Source of the DNA: Reclinomonas americana ATCC 50394
Lineage: Eukaryota
Assembly: GCA_048213135.1 (NCBI GenBank)
Contig: PS015203.1
Location: forward strand, 62,001-126,000
DNA: 64,000 nt
Direction of reading: 5' to 3'
Shown here piece by piece: positions 20,708-35,068 of this stretch (positions are counted from its first letter, which is position 1; every line of letters begins with the position of its first letter). A program made the translations under genes and the position numbers. Under the pieces are notes generated by a model. That model had not been told where the DNA came from. It ran no database searches and was given only the letters and a program-made list of their open reading frames with translations.

Positions 20708-23700
20708 TCTTCTTCTTCTTCTTTCTCTCCTCCTCCTCCTCCTCTCCTTCATCTTCTTCTTCATCATCCTCATCATCTTCTTCTTCCTTCTTCTTCCTTC
20801 TTCGTCTTCTTCTCTTGTTCTTGTTCTTGTTCTTCTTCTTCTCATCACTTTCCTCCTCCTCCTCCTCCTTCTTCTTCTCGTCTTCTTCTTCTTCTTCTTC
20901 TTCTTCTTCTCATGCTGTGCGTCGCTCCACCAGTCGAGCCTATCGACTGGTGGACATTCGCGGTCGTCGCTGGTTCGTGACGCCGGCCGAGGTGGCGTAT
21001 TGTGCGCGTCGGCTGCGGTTGACGACGACGGCGGGGTTGTTTCCCGAAAGCATTGAGGCGGCGTTTCAGCAGTTCCCGGAGACGTCGTTTGCAGGTGAGG
21101 ATAGATGGGAGGGAGAGGGCAAGGGAGAAGAAGTTGTTTGCTGCATTGCTGCACTTCTCAGTCATTCCTCCTGTCTTTCGCTTCCCTGATTGCTGGAAAG
21201 GGGACGGGTGATTGCTTGTGAGTTGTCGTTCGTTCGGGCCTTCATGGCCTTCATGGCTGTCTTCTGTTTTCAAGACCTTTCGTTGTTTTCACTGTGTCGA
21301 CATGCAGACTTTGTGCAAGTGCTCATGTCGCAAGGCGATCCTCGTGAGGGCGCCCTTCGCGCACTCGTGTTTGGTGTGACGTCCATGCCAAGTTGCGTGC
21401 CTTTCCATGCTCGCCGTGTGCTTGCCATCACGCTCATGCATCCGTCCCCCCCCCTCCCCCGCAGCAAACAGCGTCATGGTGTGCGGCAGCAACACGCAGC
21501 TGCAGCTCGGCGTCGATGTGCCCGACTGCGTGGCGTCGGTGGTGCCACTGGAAGTGGCGCGCCCGACGCACATGGTGTGCTGTCAGTATGTGAATGCCGT
21601 GCTGACTGGTGCGTGCGAATATCATTCGTCGTTGTCGTGTGTGTTTGTGGCCTCTCACCGACATGCAGAGACACGCGAGCTGCTCATGTGGGGCATGCTC
21701 AACAACGACGAGTTACCTCGCGAGGAGGCCCTGGAGCCCATCAATCGTGGTCGACCACTGCGCGTAGGTGGCGCGGAAGTGTTGAACATTGTGGATGTGG
21801 CCGTCGGACTCGGCCATGTCTGCGCTCTCACTTGCGGTGCGCTCCACCCTGCACTCTCTCTGATCTGTTCCGGTCTCTTTGCCTTACTCTCATCTCTCAT
21901 GCAGACGGCGCGCTGTATGTATGTGGCAGGTTTATCATCATTTTGCAGGTACTTATTGCTATTGGTTTCCCTGCTGACTGGCAACGCCTGCAGCGGTCTC
22001 TTTGGCGTTCTCGGTGATGGCACCGGCAAGAGTCACCACGCGCTGGTGCGCATGCCAGATCTGCGTGATGACAGTGCACCTCCGCCGCCTGAAACTGCAG
22101 AAGCGACAGCAGCCGCTGTGCCACCTGCAGAGGAATCCACGCCACCGCCACCACCACCACCACCGCCACCTGCAACAGACGACGCCAGTGCGCCCCCCGC
22201 ACCTTCATCCTTCGTCGACTACCGATACGTGCAAGTGTCGTGCGGGCAAATGTACACGGCGGCGGTGACCGATCGCGGCGAGTTGCGTGTGTGGGGCCAC
22301 CTGCCGCCAGTGGTCGAGTCCACCGTTCCCGTCGAGCTGGTGATCGACAACGACGGCGATGGAGAGGAGGGTTCAAGTGCCATCGTGCCGCAGCTCTCCG
22401 CTCACGGCACAGTGCTGGTGCGCGCCGTGTCATGCGGACCCACTCACATGGCCGTTGTGTCGCGTGACGGCCGCCTGTTCACCTGTGGAAACGACCACTT
22501 TGGGCAGCTGGGTATCGGCACCGCCGATGGCCGCGCAGTGAGGCGACCGTCGTGGGTGTGTGACGGTGACTTTGACACGACGCCAGCGGTGCGAATCGTG
22601 CAGGCGGCGTGCGGTGGCTCGCACACTTTGGCGCTGGCCGGTGAGGGCACATCTGGGCTTTTACTCTGTGTGTCACCACTCGCTGACTTCACTTCCTTTT
22701 CGAAGACGACGGCCGCGTATTCTCGTGGGGTGCGGGCTTGTTCGGCCAACTCGGCCACGGTAATCCCATGGACCGGAGTGTGCCCAAGCTGGTGGAAGCC
22801 TTGAATGGCCTGTTCGTGGTGCAAGTGGCGGCCGGACACGGTCACTCGTTGGCTGTCACCAGTTGCGCAGCAGCGAGGGAGAGAGAATGAGAGAGTGAGA
22901 GGGCTCACATCTTTCGCCCATCGCAGACACTGGCAAGTTGTACGCCTGGGGCCTCAACCACCGAGGCCAGTTGGGACTCGGCGATTTGGTCGACCGATCG
23001 GTGCCCGCACTTGTCCCTGTGGCGCTCAAGGTGGCACAGGTGGCCGCCGGCGACGCACACACAGTGCTGCGTTCGGGCTTTGTATTTGATGACACCATAT
23101 TAATGTGAATGCACACAATTTTGTTTGTTTTATGACACTCTCTGCTAGATGACTTCCACGATCCCCTCGTCGTCATCCAGACCACTACTACCACCACCAG
23201 CGCCAGTGCCCGTGGTGGAGACGGATAATGTGCGGCGATTGGTGAGCGTGCTGGATGGTGGTCGTGAGGCCGTGGTGGATGTGCGGCCGGTGAAGACTGC
23301 GTGCGGTGAAGCGAGTGAGCGAGAGGGAGAGTGTGGAGAGACGCGGACAGTGACGCACAACTGGAGTTGGCGGTGGTCGGTCGCGACCATAGTGCCTGCT
23401 GCGCGTCGCTCAGTCGGGGTTGACGGAGGTGCAGAGCGGCGGGTGCCGAGTTTACTTGCACGCCTGGCGAGTGGTATCGACCTGCGCAACTCTTTCGTGT
23501 CAGCAACGCAGCGTGGCCTCACTGTACCGACAGCGATCAACGCACTTGAGATCGAGGGGGGTGTTCGAGGGGCTGACGGCGACCGGCGTTTGGCGGCGTT
23601 CTGGATTCGCGGATTGTGCAGTACCAGCTCTTTGACGAGCGGTGGTCGTGGTACGAGACTCGGCGCACCACTGGAGATCTGGCGACGAGCTGCCGCTGGC

Positions 23701-24048
23701 TCCGACGGCGACGACAGCAGAACCGTGGACAGCATCGCGGCTGTGGGACTGTGTGGACGTGCTCCTGTGCAGAGAGACGCCGGCACCTCATCGCCGGAAT
23801 CCTGCTGCCGGTGGTATCTCTTGTTCGGCGACACGGTCGACAGGGGGATGTACTGCTTGGTGACGACGGTGTGCTCCACTATGTCTGCACGGGCGGATGG
23901 ATGGATTGAGCAAGCACAAGCTACACGGTGCGAGTGGCAAAGAGGGCACCTTTTTGACAGACGGGCGTGGCGGCCGCCTCTTGTTCCGCCGGCGTCAACA
24001 GGTGCGACGGCTTGGTTAATCTGTAGACTGTCGTCGAAGAGAGTGTGA
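20708..24048 (+). CDS. RCC1-repeat (beta-propeller) protein; start probably in or near the 20688-20707 gap, 3' end tentative
   Basis: Repeated RCC1 motifs: VCGSNTQLQLG, VAVGLGHVCALT, VSCGPTHMAVVSRDGRLFTCGNDHFGQLG, AACGGSHTLAL, VAAGHGHSLAVTNTGKLYAWGLNHRGQLG. Confidence 0.85.
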
Positions 24049-24091
24049 GGTGATGGCTCGTCGAAGACGGGGAGAAGCCACTCATAAGTAC

Positions 24092-26054
24092 TCAACTGGC
24101 CGCAGGCGGTGACATGGAGCCGGAGACGAGCAATTCGGGTGACACGTCGACCGGTGGTGGTACTGGTCTGGGGCGGTGTGTGCCAACTTCGACACGCGTC
24201 ACTGCGTTCGTGGGCGACGGAGACAGCTGGCGGCGCACGCTGCGAGTCGCCGTCGACGAGGCCGAGGGAGAGCGCTTGGAGGAGGCAGAGGGGTGACGGG
24301 AAGGAGGCGACCACGTCATGGCCGAGACCGGCGGCAGCGGCGCAGACGGCTGGTCAATCTGCTTGAACTCACCGCCGTTGGCGTCGGCCAGCTGCATTGG
24401 CATGGCCGTTCCGGGTGTCATTGTGTCAGTGGCCGGTGGTGCTGGTGCCGGTGGTGGTGGTGGAGATGGTGATGGTGAGGGCGAGGCGGAGGGGGAGGGA
24501 GAGTCACGTGTTGAGTTGTCGGCGCTCTCGATCAGCGCCGAGCACCAGTACTTCAGCGCCGCTTGAAAGTCGCCGCCAAAGTACCTGCACATGAACAGAA
24601 TAAGGAGAGAAGAGAGACAACTGCTTTGCGTGCGGTGCGCAACTGATCGGCCGTGGCGCGCGCCAACTGCTCCTGCACCTCGCTGGCCCACGCTGGCACC
24701 TCTTCCGCATCCGGCTGCCGTGGCCGCTGCTGCTGCTGCTGCGAATGCAGTTCCTGCTCCAGCATGGCCCGCACTCGCTCGTCGTACACCTCGCCGTCGC
24801 CACCAAACGCATTCGAGCCGGTGACAAAGAACAACTCGCGCACACTGTTCATGTTGATCTCGGTGTTGGGCGTGGTCAGGCGCCGCGTCGACGACCCAAA
24901 CCACGACTCGAGATCAATCGGCGACAAGATCAACCCACTGCCATTGGCCGTAACAGGCGCTGTTCGCGAACCGCGCTGCGGTGAGGTGGGCGTGGTGGAG
25001 CGCGACGGCGACTTGCTGGAGGAGGAGCCCTTGGGCGACAACCCGCCACCGATCGGCGAGTACTTTTTGATCACACCCGTGCTCTTCAGCAGCATTCGCA
25101 TGGAGAGCGGCAGCGTCGGGGCGGCCGCATTCACCGGGTTGATGTTGAACATGCCAGCCGCATCCATGGCCGTGCAATCGCGCGCATACAACCTCATCTC
25201 AGGCCCACTGACATGAATACTTGACACGTGCCTCCGCTGCTTCTCCCACTCCCGCGTACGCTCCTCGCTGGTCAGCACCTTGAACGGCGCCACCATGCCG
25301 TATCGCGCAGGTGCTTCCTTGGCCTCGCTCATGGGCCGGAACGCCGACGGACCGCCTCGCACCGCGCGCGTGTACTTGAGCTTGGACTCGCCGCGTGGAT
25401 CCGGCGACAAGCCCGCCTGTACCATCGCCGTGTGCCGTAGTTGTGCCATCGAGAACTCGCCGCCAGTGGAGGATCGCTCTGTGGGGGGAAAGGGAGGGCA
25501 AAGGGGAAGGGAGAAGGGGAGAAGGAGGGGGAGAAGGGAGAGTTGGGGAAGAGGTCAGGACTACGATTGGAAGGGAGGTAGAGAAAGAGGGGGGCAAAGT
25601 GAGAGGGAAGGATGGAAGGGGAGAAGGAAGGGAAGAGGTCAGGACTACGATTGGAAGAGAGGTAGAGAAAGAGGCAGGCAAAAAGCAAGAGGGAAGGAGA
25701 GCGCTTGAGATGGAGAACGATGCTGCTGCGAAGAAAGGAGTGAACAGGGCAAGCAAAGTGAGAGGGAAGGAGAGAGCTTGAGATGGAGAACGATGATGCT
25801 GCGAACAGGGCAAGCAAAGTGAGAGGGAAGGAGATGGAGCGATGAAGATGCGAAGACAGGAGTGAACAGGGCAGAGGGAAGGAAAGAGCTTGAGATAGAG
25901 AACGAAGATGCTGCGAAGAGACAGGAGGATCATAGTGATCATAGGACCAGTGCGCGCCTCTCTGTCTCTCAAAACAAGCGAATATCACACTCTGTCTCGA
26001 GCTGAGAGCCACGCAACTGCGCGTCTGAACGGCACCGACAGGCGACGACGCCAT
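24092..26054 (-). CDS. Uncharacterised Ser/Pro-rich protein
   Basis: ATG 26054 (MASSPVGAVQTR). The long exon within ORF 24553-25449 joins in frame via the GTTGCG donor at 24643 to YFGGDFQAALKYW; stop at 24092. Confidence 0.6.
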
Positions 26055-26196
26055 CTGGACAAGGCTCCCAGAAAACAGAGAGAAAGAGAGGGGAGGAGAT
26101 GTGTGCGCGTATGATGCAGTTTGCACAACTCAGACAAGAAGGAGAAACTGACGTAACCGATGGACGGATGACTGTAAATCGCATCTGTGGATAACA

Positions 26197-26528
26197 ATGT
26201 GCGTCTGTGAGCTCTTGTCTCACTCCTCTCTTGCACACTCTCTTGCACACTTTTCTTCTCACTTTGTCTCCTCCTCTTTGTCTCTCTCTCTCTCTCTCTC
26301 ACTCTCTCTCTCTCACTCTCTCAGGCATCGCTTTTTCAAGGGACTTGCGGAGTTTTTGTTGCCCGTGCCCACAGACTCCAAGTTTCAGGAGAAGGGCCAG
26401 CTGACACCAGAGGAGTTTGTGCAGGTGTGTGAGAGAGAGAGAGGGAGGGAGAGAGAGAGAGAGAGACAAAGAGAAGACTCTCAGACAACAGTGTGCATGT
26501 GTGTGTGTTTCTCCCTCTCCACACACAC

Positions 26529-26571
<43 letters not shown>

Positions 26572-26637
26572 CACACACACAGAGAGAGACTCTCTCAGTC
26601 ACACACACACCTGCACACACACACACACACACACGCA

Positions 26638-26677
<40 letters not shown>

Positions 26678-26760
26678 AGAAGAAGAAGAAGAAGAAGAGA
26701 GAAGACAATGAGGGAGCAAATGCGCATCAAGGTGAGAGAGAACGTGTGTGTGAGAGGGTG

Positions 26761-26798
<38 letters not shown>

Positions 26799-29634
26799 CA
26801 CACATTGATCACCTTGCTCGCTCATCGTCCTCCTTCCTTCTTTCGTCCCTCTCTGTCTCTGTCTCTCTGTCGCCTCTCTCTCTCTCTCTCTCTCTCGTTC
26901 ACTCCACATTGATACGCATTTGATCGTCTTCTCACTGTCTTTTCCTCTCACAGGCTGGAGACTTGCTGGTGCGAAACATGCTCTGTGTCTGTTTGTGTGT
27001 TTGTGTGAGTCTGACAACATGTGTACTGAAGGTCTCAAAATGCCCGACTTGGTCGTGGGAGGCGGGCGATGCGGCCAAGGCCAAGGACTACTTGCCTCGC
27101 GATAAGCAGTTCTTGCTCACACGACAGGGTTTGTGTGGAGCTCCCTTATCATTCCCTTTTTCCTGACTTGCACTGCGTGCATCTTCCCTCTTGTTGTTCC
27201 TCTCGATCGTCCCGTGGCTCCAAGCGTGTCTTTCTGATACCCCCTCTCTCACTCTCGCTCTCTTATTCGTTCTCTGCCTCTTGTTCTTGCAATCATGCAC
27301 CTCCCCTTCCGCGTCTTTTTTCTTGTTGTTCCTCTCGATCGTCCCGTGGCTCGAAGCGTGTCTTTCTGATACCCCCCCTCTCACTCTCGCTCTTTCCTTC
27401 GTTCTCTGCCTCTTGTTCTTGCAATCATGCACCTCCCCTTCCGCGTCTTCTTTCTTCTTGTTCCTCTCGATCGTCCCGTGGCTCGAAGCGTGTCTTTCTG
27501 ATACCCCCTCGCTCACTCTCGCTCTTTCCATCGTTCTCTGCCTCTTGTTCTTTCAATCACGCACCTCCCCTTCTGATCGCACTTCTGCGTTCTCCTTCTT
27601 TCTTTCTCTCACTCCCTGTCTGCATACTTCTCCTTCCAATCGCTCATCCGTGTTCCTCTCTCCACACGCTCAGTCTAGTCGGTTATTTTAAGTCTTCCAC
27701 TCATATCACGTTCTCCCTTCGCCCCCTTGTGCAGTACCATCTCTGCGCCGCGCCAAGGACATTGGCCAAGGCGAGGAGGAGGAGCAACTGAGCGGACTCG
27801 GCGCGGTGGCCGACGGCGAAGGCGGATGGGTGGCCACGCATTTCAATGGTACTCACTCTCCATCTGACAAATCGTTGAACCACTTTCCTCAACCTTCTCC
27901 AACCTCAGCGGCCTCGAAGGCCGGCACGGAGGAGGAAATCGACGAGATCCCGACGGCATCGGGCTCCCGCTCGGCGGCACCACCGGCCAAGACCGTGTCG
28001 GCTGCGGCCGCGGCGGCAGCATCGTCGCCCGGCGACGACGACGACGACGACATTCCCGACATGGACGAGTTCGAGGAGGAGGACAATCTGGTGGAGGACG
28101 AGGCCACGCTGACGCCGCTCGAGGACAACATTCTGAAGACGCGCAAGTACGACATTAGCATCACCTACGACAAGTACTACCGAACGCCTCGTGTGTGGTT
28201 GTTTGGAGTTGATGAGGTGAGGGGAATGAGGGGATGGGGAGGGGAGGGGAGGGGAGGGGAGGGGAGGGAACAGAGAAAGAGAGAGAGAGAAAGAAAGAGA
28301 AAGAGGGAGACAGCGAAAGGGAGACAGTCAGAGTGAGAGAGAGAAAGGAAGAGAGACAAAGAGACAGAGGAGAAACAGGGCGACGAGGGAGAGAGAAATG
28401 AGGTAGAGTGATGAGAGACAGACTGAATGCCAGACAGGTCGGCGAGGAGACAAGCAGTCTCTTTACATCCTCCTCGCCTGCCGCAAGCCACTCAAAGATG
28501 CTCTGACTTGCACATCCAGACAGGCAGGCAGGCAGACAGACAGAGCAAGCGTGTCTTGGTGACAGAGAGAGACTGAGAGACACAGACGTATAGGCGGACT
28601 GAAAGCCAGACAGACATGAGGAGACCGACAGACTTTCACCTCTCCGCGTGCCACTCCAACCATACACAGTCTTCAATGTGCACACAGACAAAACGAGTGT
28701 GTGTGTGTGTGCGAGAGAGAGAGAGTGAGAGACAGGCAGACCAGACTCTTCACCTCTCCCTTGTCTACCGCATGCCACCCTAATGATTCATTGGCTTGTG
28801 CACAGGCAGACAGACAGACAGACGAGAGAGTGTGTGTGTGTGCGACAGAGAAAAAGAGAAAGAGACAGCCCAAGAGACAAGAGACAGGCAAGAGACAGAC
28901 AAGCAATCAGACAGACAGACAGAAAGAGTGTGTGTGTGTGTGTGAGTGAGTGAGAGAGAGAGAGAGAGAGACTGAGAAACCGACTGCATGCCAGACAGGC
29001 ATGTATAGAGACCGACCGACTGACAGGCAGACAGACCCTCAGAGCAGCTTTAACAACCACGCCCCACATTGAGTTGGCGCGCCTGCCTCCTTCACCCTTC
29101 TATCCATTGACATCGGCCTTTGCCACCGCAGCACGGCCACCCGCTGGACCCCGAGTTGGTGCTCGAGGACATTTACTCGGACTACGCCAACCGAACGGTG
29201 ACGATCGAGGCGCACCCGCACCTCAGCCTGCAGCACGCCTCCATTCACCCGTGCAAGTTGCGGTGATGATGAGGAGCAGAGAGGCAACTTGCATGTGTGC
29301 TCACTCTCGCTGCAGGCACGCGCACGTCATGAAGCGCATGATTGACCGGCTGGCAGAGGACGGCAAGTACATTCGCGTGGACTTGTTGCGTGGTTCACCA
29401 TTCTGCTCGTCTCCGTTGTGCGCAAATGCTCACTCACCTTTTCACCCACCAGGTATCTCTTCCTCTTCCTCAAATTCATCTCCAGCGTTGCGTCGCACCT
29501 TCCTTCACTATGTGCTGCAGTTTCTTTTATGCTGACGTCGACGCGCGCAGGTGTGTCCCACAATCGCGTACGACTTCACGTTCGAGGTCGACGCGGGCGG
29601 TGGCGGTGGTGCCAGTGGCAGCGGTTCAGCATGA
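26197..29634 (+). CDS. ATG3: Autophagy E2-like enzyme ATG3
   Basis: Spliced protein [90 protein letters not shown] (catalytic Cys)..[24 protein letters not shown] 29632-29634. Confidence 0.97.
27190..27575. repeat. Intronic tandem repeat, about 132 bp x3
   Basis: TTGTTCCTCTCGATCGTCCCGTGGCTC recurs at about 27194, 27326 and 27458 inside an ATG3 intron. Confidence 0.9.
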
Positions 29635-29648
29635 TGTGTGTGTGTCCT

Positions 29649-29684
<36 letters not shown>

Positions 29685-29717
29685 GTCGTTTTGCAGCGAG
29701 GCGAAAAAATCACTTCA

Positions 29718-31685
29718 TCATGAAGGTGCCCTGTATTCCACATCCACGGCATCCACACTCTCCTCCACATCTGCATATCGGTGCTTGGCGGCAGCCAACA
29801 GCAAGTCACGACGCTGGCTTCGTGGATTCATCGCCAGCGGATCGCTGGAGTGGCGCAACTTGACCCGCGCGCGCGTCTGTAAATTCACCTGTGGCGAGAA
29901 CACCACGGGCTTTTCGCTCCGCGGCGGTGACCGCCGTGGACTTGGCACCGCCGGAATCGTTGAACATACTCTCCGTACCATTTCACGGACCACACGTCGC
30001 GAGCCTGGTCTCAGCTGCTTTCTGGGTGGCGGAACAGCGGCCGGTATCCGTGCCGAGTTGGTGGTGGTCAGCGACGGTAACCTGGGTGACACAGGCACCG
30101 TCGATGTGGCAGTAGTAGGTGGTGTTGTGGGCAGCGCCGGCAGAGGCTGAGAGCGCGAAAGTCGCGGAGTATAAAGACGCGGTCCACCGCCGCCACCGGG
30201 CACTGGCAGATCGACAAGCGTCGAGGGCACAACACGAGGCGACAAGGCGGCAGCGGCAGCGCTGCTCTCCTCCGGCAACGTCAGCCGGCGATCTGCAGGC
30301 GACACGGAGCGATTGTGCCGCGGTCCGCGCCGCCGGTCGGCCAATTCCTTGCGATACTATACGCGCGCTCTCGTTAGTTATCTACAAAGACAGCTCTCGC
30401 GTTTCACATTATACATTCGCTCACCTCGGACACGAGCTGAGCGTGAGCACTGGCGGTGCGCGGCGACAGGCCACCACTGCCCGTCACGGGCGTGGATGGC
30501 ACCGACAACACGAGGGAGAGCACAGATGTCAGCGTCGACTCACTATCTGCTGTGTTTGAGCGGTAGGTGGCGACCACGGATTCAGCAGGCACCGTCGCCA
30601 GCGTGGCAATCTCGGTTGGATCCACTGGCGCCCACGGTAAGTCCTCCCCGTACTCCAACATCTCCTGTGGTCTCAGTTCCACCGCTCGCTCCAGAATCGC
30701 TACGGCTGTGTTGGGGACAGGACAGAGGGCGGTGAGAGAAGAGGAGAAGAAGAAATGAATACCGTGACGCTGAGACGCAACCGTACGGATACAACTGTGA
30801 GGGAGGGGGGTTAAGAGTGAGGATGTGATGAACATTTAAAGATGAGAGGGCACTCAAGCACCCGCACCTTGTCCAGCGCATGCTGCTGCGAGCGCAGATT
30901 TTGCAGCTCACGCATGACGGTGAGTCTGCGACTGGCAGCAAAGGCCACGTCGGCACGCAGCGCCTCAATCTTGGTGTACGCGTCTGGTTGGTGCGAGTTC
31001 ATGAACTGTGCGCGGCGAGTGAGTGTGACAGGAGACTGCGGGGGAAAAACTGGAGGATAAACAGGAACCTGGCGACTGGCAATGCGACCGGTGGCGATTC
31101 GGTCGTCGAGCACCACCACCTCGTTGAGAACGTCGGAGGCGCATTCGATGAGCTCGGCAATGTCGCCGTGCAGGTCGGCTCGCACGCGCCACATTTGCGC
31201 TAGGGTGATGTCTGCGTAACAAGGGAGAAGAGGGAAAGGGGGGAAAGAGGGGAAGGGGGGAAAGAGGCAGAAGAGAGAAGCGAGAGGGAAGGGAGAAGGG
31301 GGAATGAGGGAGAAAAGAGGGGAAGGGGGATTAGAGAGGAAAAGGGAACGATCGTAAGTGTGTGTGTTTGTGTGTATGTGAGGGGGGATGGCAGAGGGGA
31401 AGAGGAGACAGGAATAATGGACACAAGCGTGTGTGTTTGAGAGTGAAAAAAGGGAGAGAAACTAAGAGTGAGAGGGGATGGGAATGTGCGTGCGTGTGAG
31501 TGAGAAAGAAGGAAGGGAGTGCAACTAAGAGCAAGAGAGAAAGAAAACCCGAGAGGAGAATGACGAGCAGAGAGGAACACAGAAAAGTAAGTGGAGTGAG
31601 AGAGACAGACAAGGCTGAGAGAGAGAATCAGAGGATGACGACAGAAGAGACAGAGACTCTCACTCACTCGCTCACTCAGACACAC

Positions 31686-31725
<40 letters not shown>

Positions 31726-33511
31726 TGAGAGAGATAGAGAGAGAGAGAGGCAGACTGACAGAACAAGATGGGCGAAGACAGAGAGAAAGAAACAGAGCGC
31801 GTGGTGAGTGTGTACACTGGGAGTGCTGCAGAGACTGCGGCACAGAGGAACACGGTGGTTACGACGATATTGATGAAGAGAGATAGTGAAAGACCGCACA
31901 GTCGCAGGCAAAGAATAGTCCAGTGCGGAGCGGCCTGGATTTAGGCTCAGCAGAAGACATTGCGGAAAGGAGTAGCCAGGAAGAGGGCAGAGAGAGGAAG
32001 AGGGACAGAGCAACACGGGTGCTACGCATGGTAGGGGAAACTGCCTGCAGGATACTGTGCACAGCGTACACACTCCCCTCTCCACGCACCCTTCAAATCA
32101 TTGGCAATCACATCGTCGAGGTTGGCGGAGCCGACCTGACACTTGATAATGGTCTTGACCACACACTCGCGTGCCCTATACAGCGACACTCGCGGCAGCC
32201 CGAGTCGCAAGAACCGCACCGGCAGCTCCTCATCCGCCACCGTCGACGCCACATCCGATCGACTCTCGGTTCGTGTGGAGGCCGTGCGCGGTCGCGACGG
32301 TGATCCCGGGAGCGCATTTGGCATGGGCAGTCGCAACGACGACGCTTGCACGGGCTTCTCCTTTCCCCCACGCGCATAATCATCGTCATCGTCGTCGCTC
32401 AGTATGAGTTCCTCCACTTCCTCCAGACCCGCAGTGTTGACTTGATTGCTTTTCATGCGGGGCTGCGAGGCACGCAGGGTGATGAGGGGAGAGAGGGAGA
32501 GAGGGAGTGGAGAAAACAAAGACGAAACGAGAATGTGTCGTTCCATGAGTCGCACAAAGCCGTCAAAGTCCAGCACGCCGGTCTTGCTCGTGTCGGCGGC
32601 CAGCAGGTAGCGATTGGCTTCGGAGAGCGAGACCTCGATGTCTAAGGGGGAGAGAAGGGAAAGAGTGAGGTGAGGGGAGATGAGGGGGAAGGATGAGTGC
32701 GAAAGGGAAAGCGTGTGTGTGAGAGAGAGACAGAAACATGAATGGGAGAGAGAAGGATAAACACGCCCATGACTGCGGATGGAGAGCAGATCAAAGCGAC
32801 TACGAGACACCAAGAGGAGCAAAGGAAGCCAGACAGGACAACGTGATGAACATGACGTGATCGACAGCGGCAGGATGACTCAAGAACATGGGAGCACAGC
32901 GATCAGGGACGGTCCAGTGGAACAAAGGTGAGTTGCAGGAGAAGGCGGTGGAAGAGAGTTCGACAGCGGCCAACAGGCAGGAGGATGAGGTAGGATGGGA
33001 CTAAACAGCCAGACAGGAGAGCGAGCGAGGTAATAGTGACCCAAAGGCCGAAGGAAGAGGAGCAATGCGATCAAGGTCCGTCAAGAGAAGACAGCAGAGG
33101 GAGTGATGATCAACAGTGACCCAAAGGCCGAAGGATGAGGAACATGCGGTCCGCCAGAGTTCAGACAGGAGAGGGAGTGGTGATCGACAGCGGCCGGAAG
33201 GGAGGAGGATGAGGTCGGGTGAGAGCAAGAGATCAAGCGATCAGAAAGGTGGTAGACAACGCGATCGAGAGGACCGGAAGGGAGGAGGATGAAGTGGTGT
33301 GAAGCACAGCGATGCAAACGATTGTCAACAGAAGACTGAGACAGGAGAGTGATCGACTGTGACAGCAGTCTGATTCAAGACAAGAAGAGCGATCAAGCAC
33401 TCGTCTGGTGATCGCAGTGTGAGAGCACACGAGAGAGAGAGAGAGAGAGAGACAGCAGAGGCCATCGATCCAGAGACAGACAGGGTTCAAGTAAGAGGCG
33501 AACGATGCGAT

Positions 33512-33551
<40 letters not shown>

Positions 33552-33817
33552 CGCAACGAAGAAAGGCCATTACTTGCCGAAGTTCCTGCGCGTCAATGTC
33601 GCCACTGTTATCCTTGTCGGTCTGGTGAAACGCGAACTCCAGTTCACTGTCACAAGCACAGTCAGAGAGAACAAGAACAAGAGAGAGTGAGAGAGAGAGA
33701 GAGAGCAAGAGTGAGAGAGTGTGTGACTCACCGACGTGTGAGTGGTAACGCTGTGGCGACGGGGACTAAGAGTCGCGCAGATGGTGTGTCATCACCCCAG
33801 TCGCCTCCACTGTCCAT
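29718..33817 (-). CDS. EF-hand (calmodulin-like pair) protein with helical/coiled-coil middle and disordered tail
   Basis: ATG 33817; ELEFAFHQTDKDNSGDIDAQEL and ADTSKTGVLDFDGFVRLM EF-hands; further exons at about 32440-32090, 31210-30870, 30720-30540 and 30430-29718. Confidence 0.7.
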
Positions 33818-34466
33818 GTTGTGAGTGTGCGTGTGTGGAGGGCACACAGCGTTGTGACTGCGAGGAGTGTGTTCGAAAATGCCTGCGGGACTTCCCGTTC
33901 GCACTTCAACGTCCAACTGGCACTCTCTCATGCTCCGGTTTTTCCTCATTCTGAAATGTGCGAGTGCTCGATATAGCGTGTATTGTGTTGTGAATTAGCG
34001 ATCGTGGGCTGTGCTGGTGGCTGAGTGAAGGAGCGCATGAGCTTCGATATCGACGCTCACGTGTTCGAAATGCAATTGCAATTGGTTTTGTACATCTTCT
34101 GAGAGGAATGATGGCTGTGTTGGGCAGTCTGCGTTGCGCTCCAGTGACCCACGACGATGATGGACTCGCCTTCACGTCGGCTCTTCTCTGTTGTCGAAAC
34201 GGCAAATCGAAATCGTGAAACGGTCATGTTGCTCTCAATGCCGCTGCCAAGATGGACCCGGGCATCATCCTGACCTCGCCGTCGCCCGCTTAGAGGGGCA
34301 AATGAACTAGTTGTTGTTGTTGGTTTGCGGCTGAATTGTACACTGGGGGAAAAAGTGATAGCATGAGGGAAAACTGTGTGAGCTGCCGCTGCAGCTTCCG
34401 GTCGTCGTCCTTGTGCGTCGTGCGCGCAACAAGGCACAGCAGCTGGCGGGCTTGTGAGTCTTGTGT

Positions 34467-35033
34467 TTAAAGGTCGGGGTTGTTCCACTCGGAGTCGACG
34501 GGGAACTTGAGAATGCCGGAGCCACCGACGAGGCCGTCCTTCCACACGGCGGAGAACTGGAAGCCGCCGGGTAGGAACATCGTGCCCTTGCCGTCCTTGC
34601 GTCCGTTGCGCCAGTCGCCCTCGTAGCGCAGTCCGTGTTGGTCGACAAAGACGCCGTGGCCCTCGCGCTGGTGAGCGGAGAAGGAGACGAGAGGGAGTGA
34701 GAAAAGGGAAAGCGAAAAGAAGGGCAATTGAAAGGAAAACTTCGCGCTCGTCTCCTTGTGAGTGAATGTGTCTGTATCACGCTAAACCCTCCCCCCCTCA
34801 ACAGTGCTCTCCTCTGCGTCTCTCTCTCGCTCTCTCTTTCGCTCCCTTTCGATTTCTCGACTCCTCTCTACAGTGCTCTCCTCTCCTTTTTCTATCGCCT
34901 CTCTCTCTCGCTCTTTTTCTCTTTCTATCTAACTCTGTGTTGCTCACTCGCCGACGTATATATTCGCGGGCGTTCTCTTTGCAGCCGTGCACTCGCTTGC
35001 TCTGCCCTTGCTCGTCCTCAGCCGCTCTCTCCC

Positions 35034-35068
<35 letters not shown>

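Noticed and set aside
27190-27575. Repeat array considered as CRISPR-like
   Set aside because: Whole 132-bp units repeat with no unique spacers; it is an intronic minisatellite in a eukaryotic gene.
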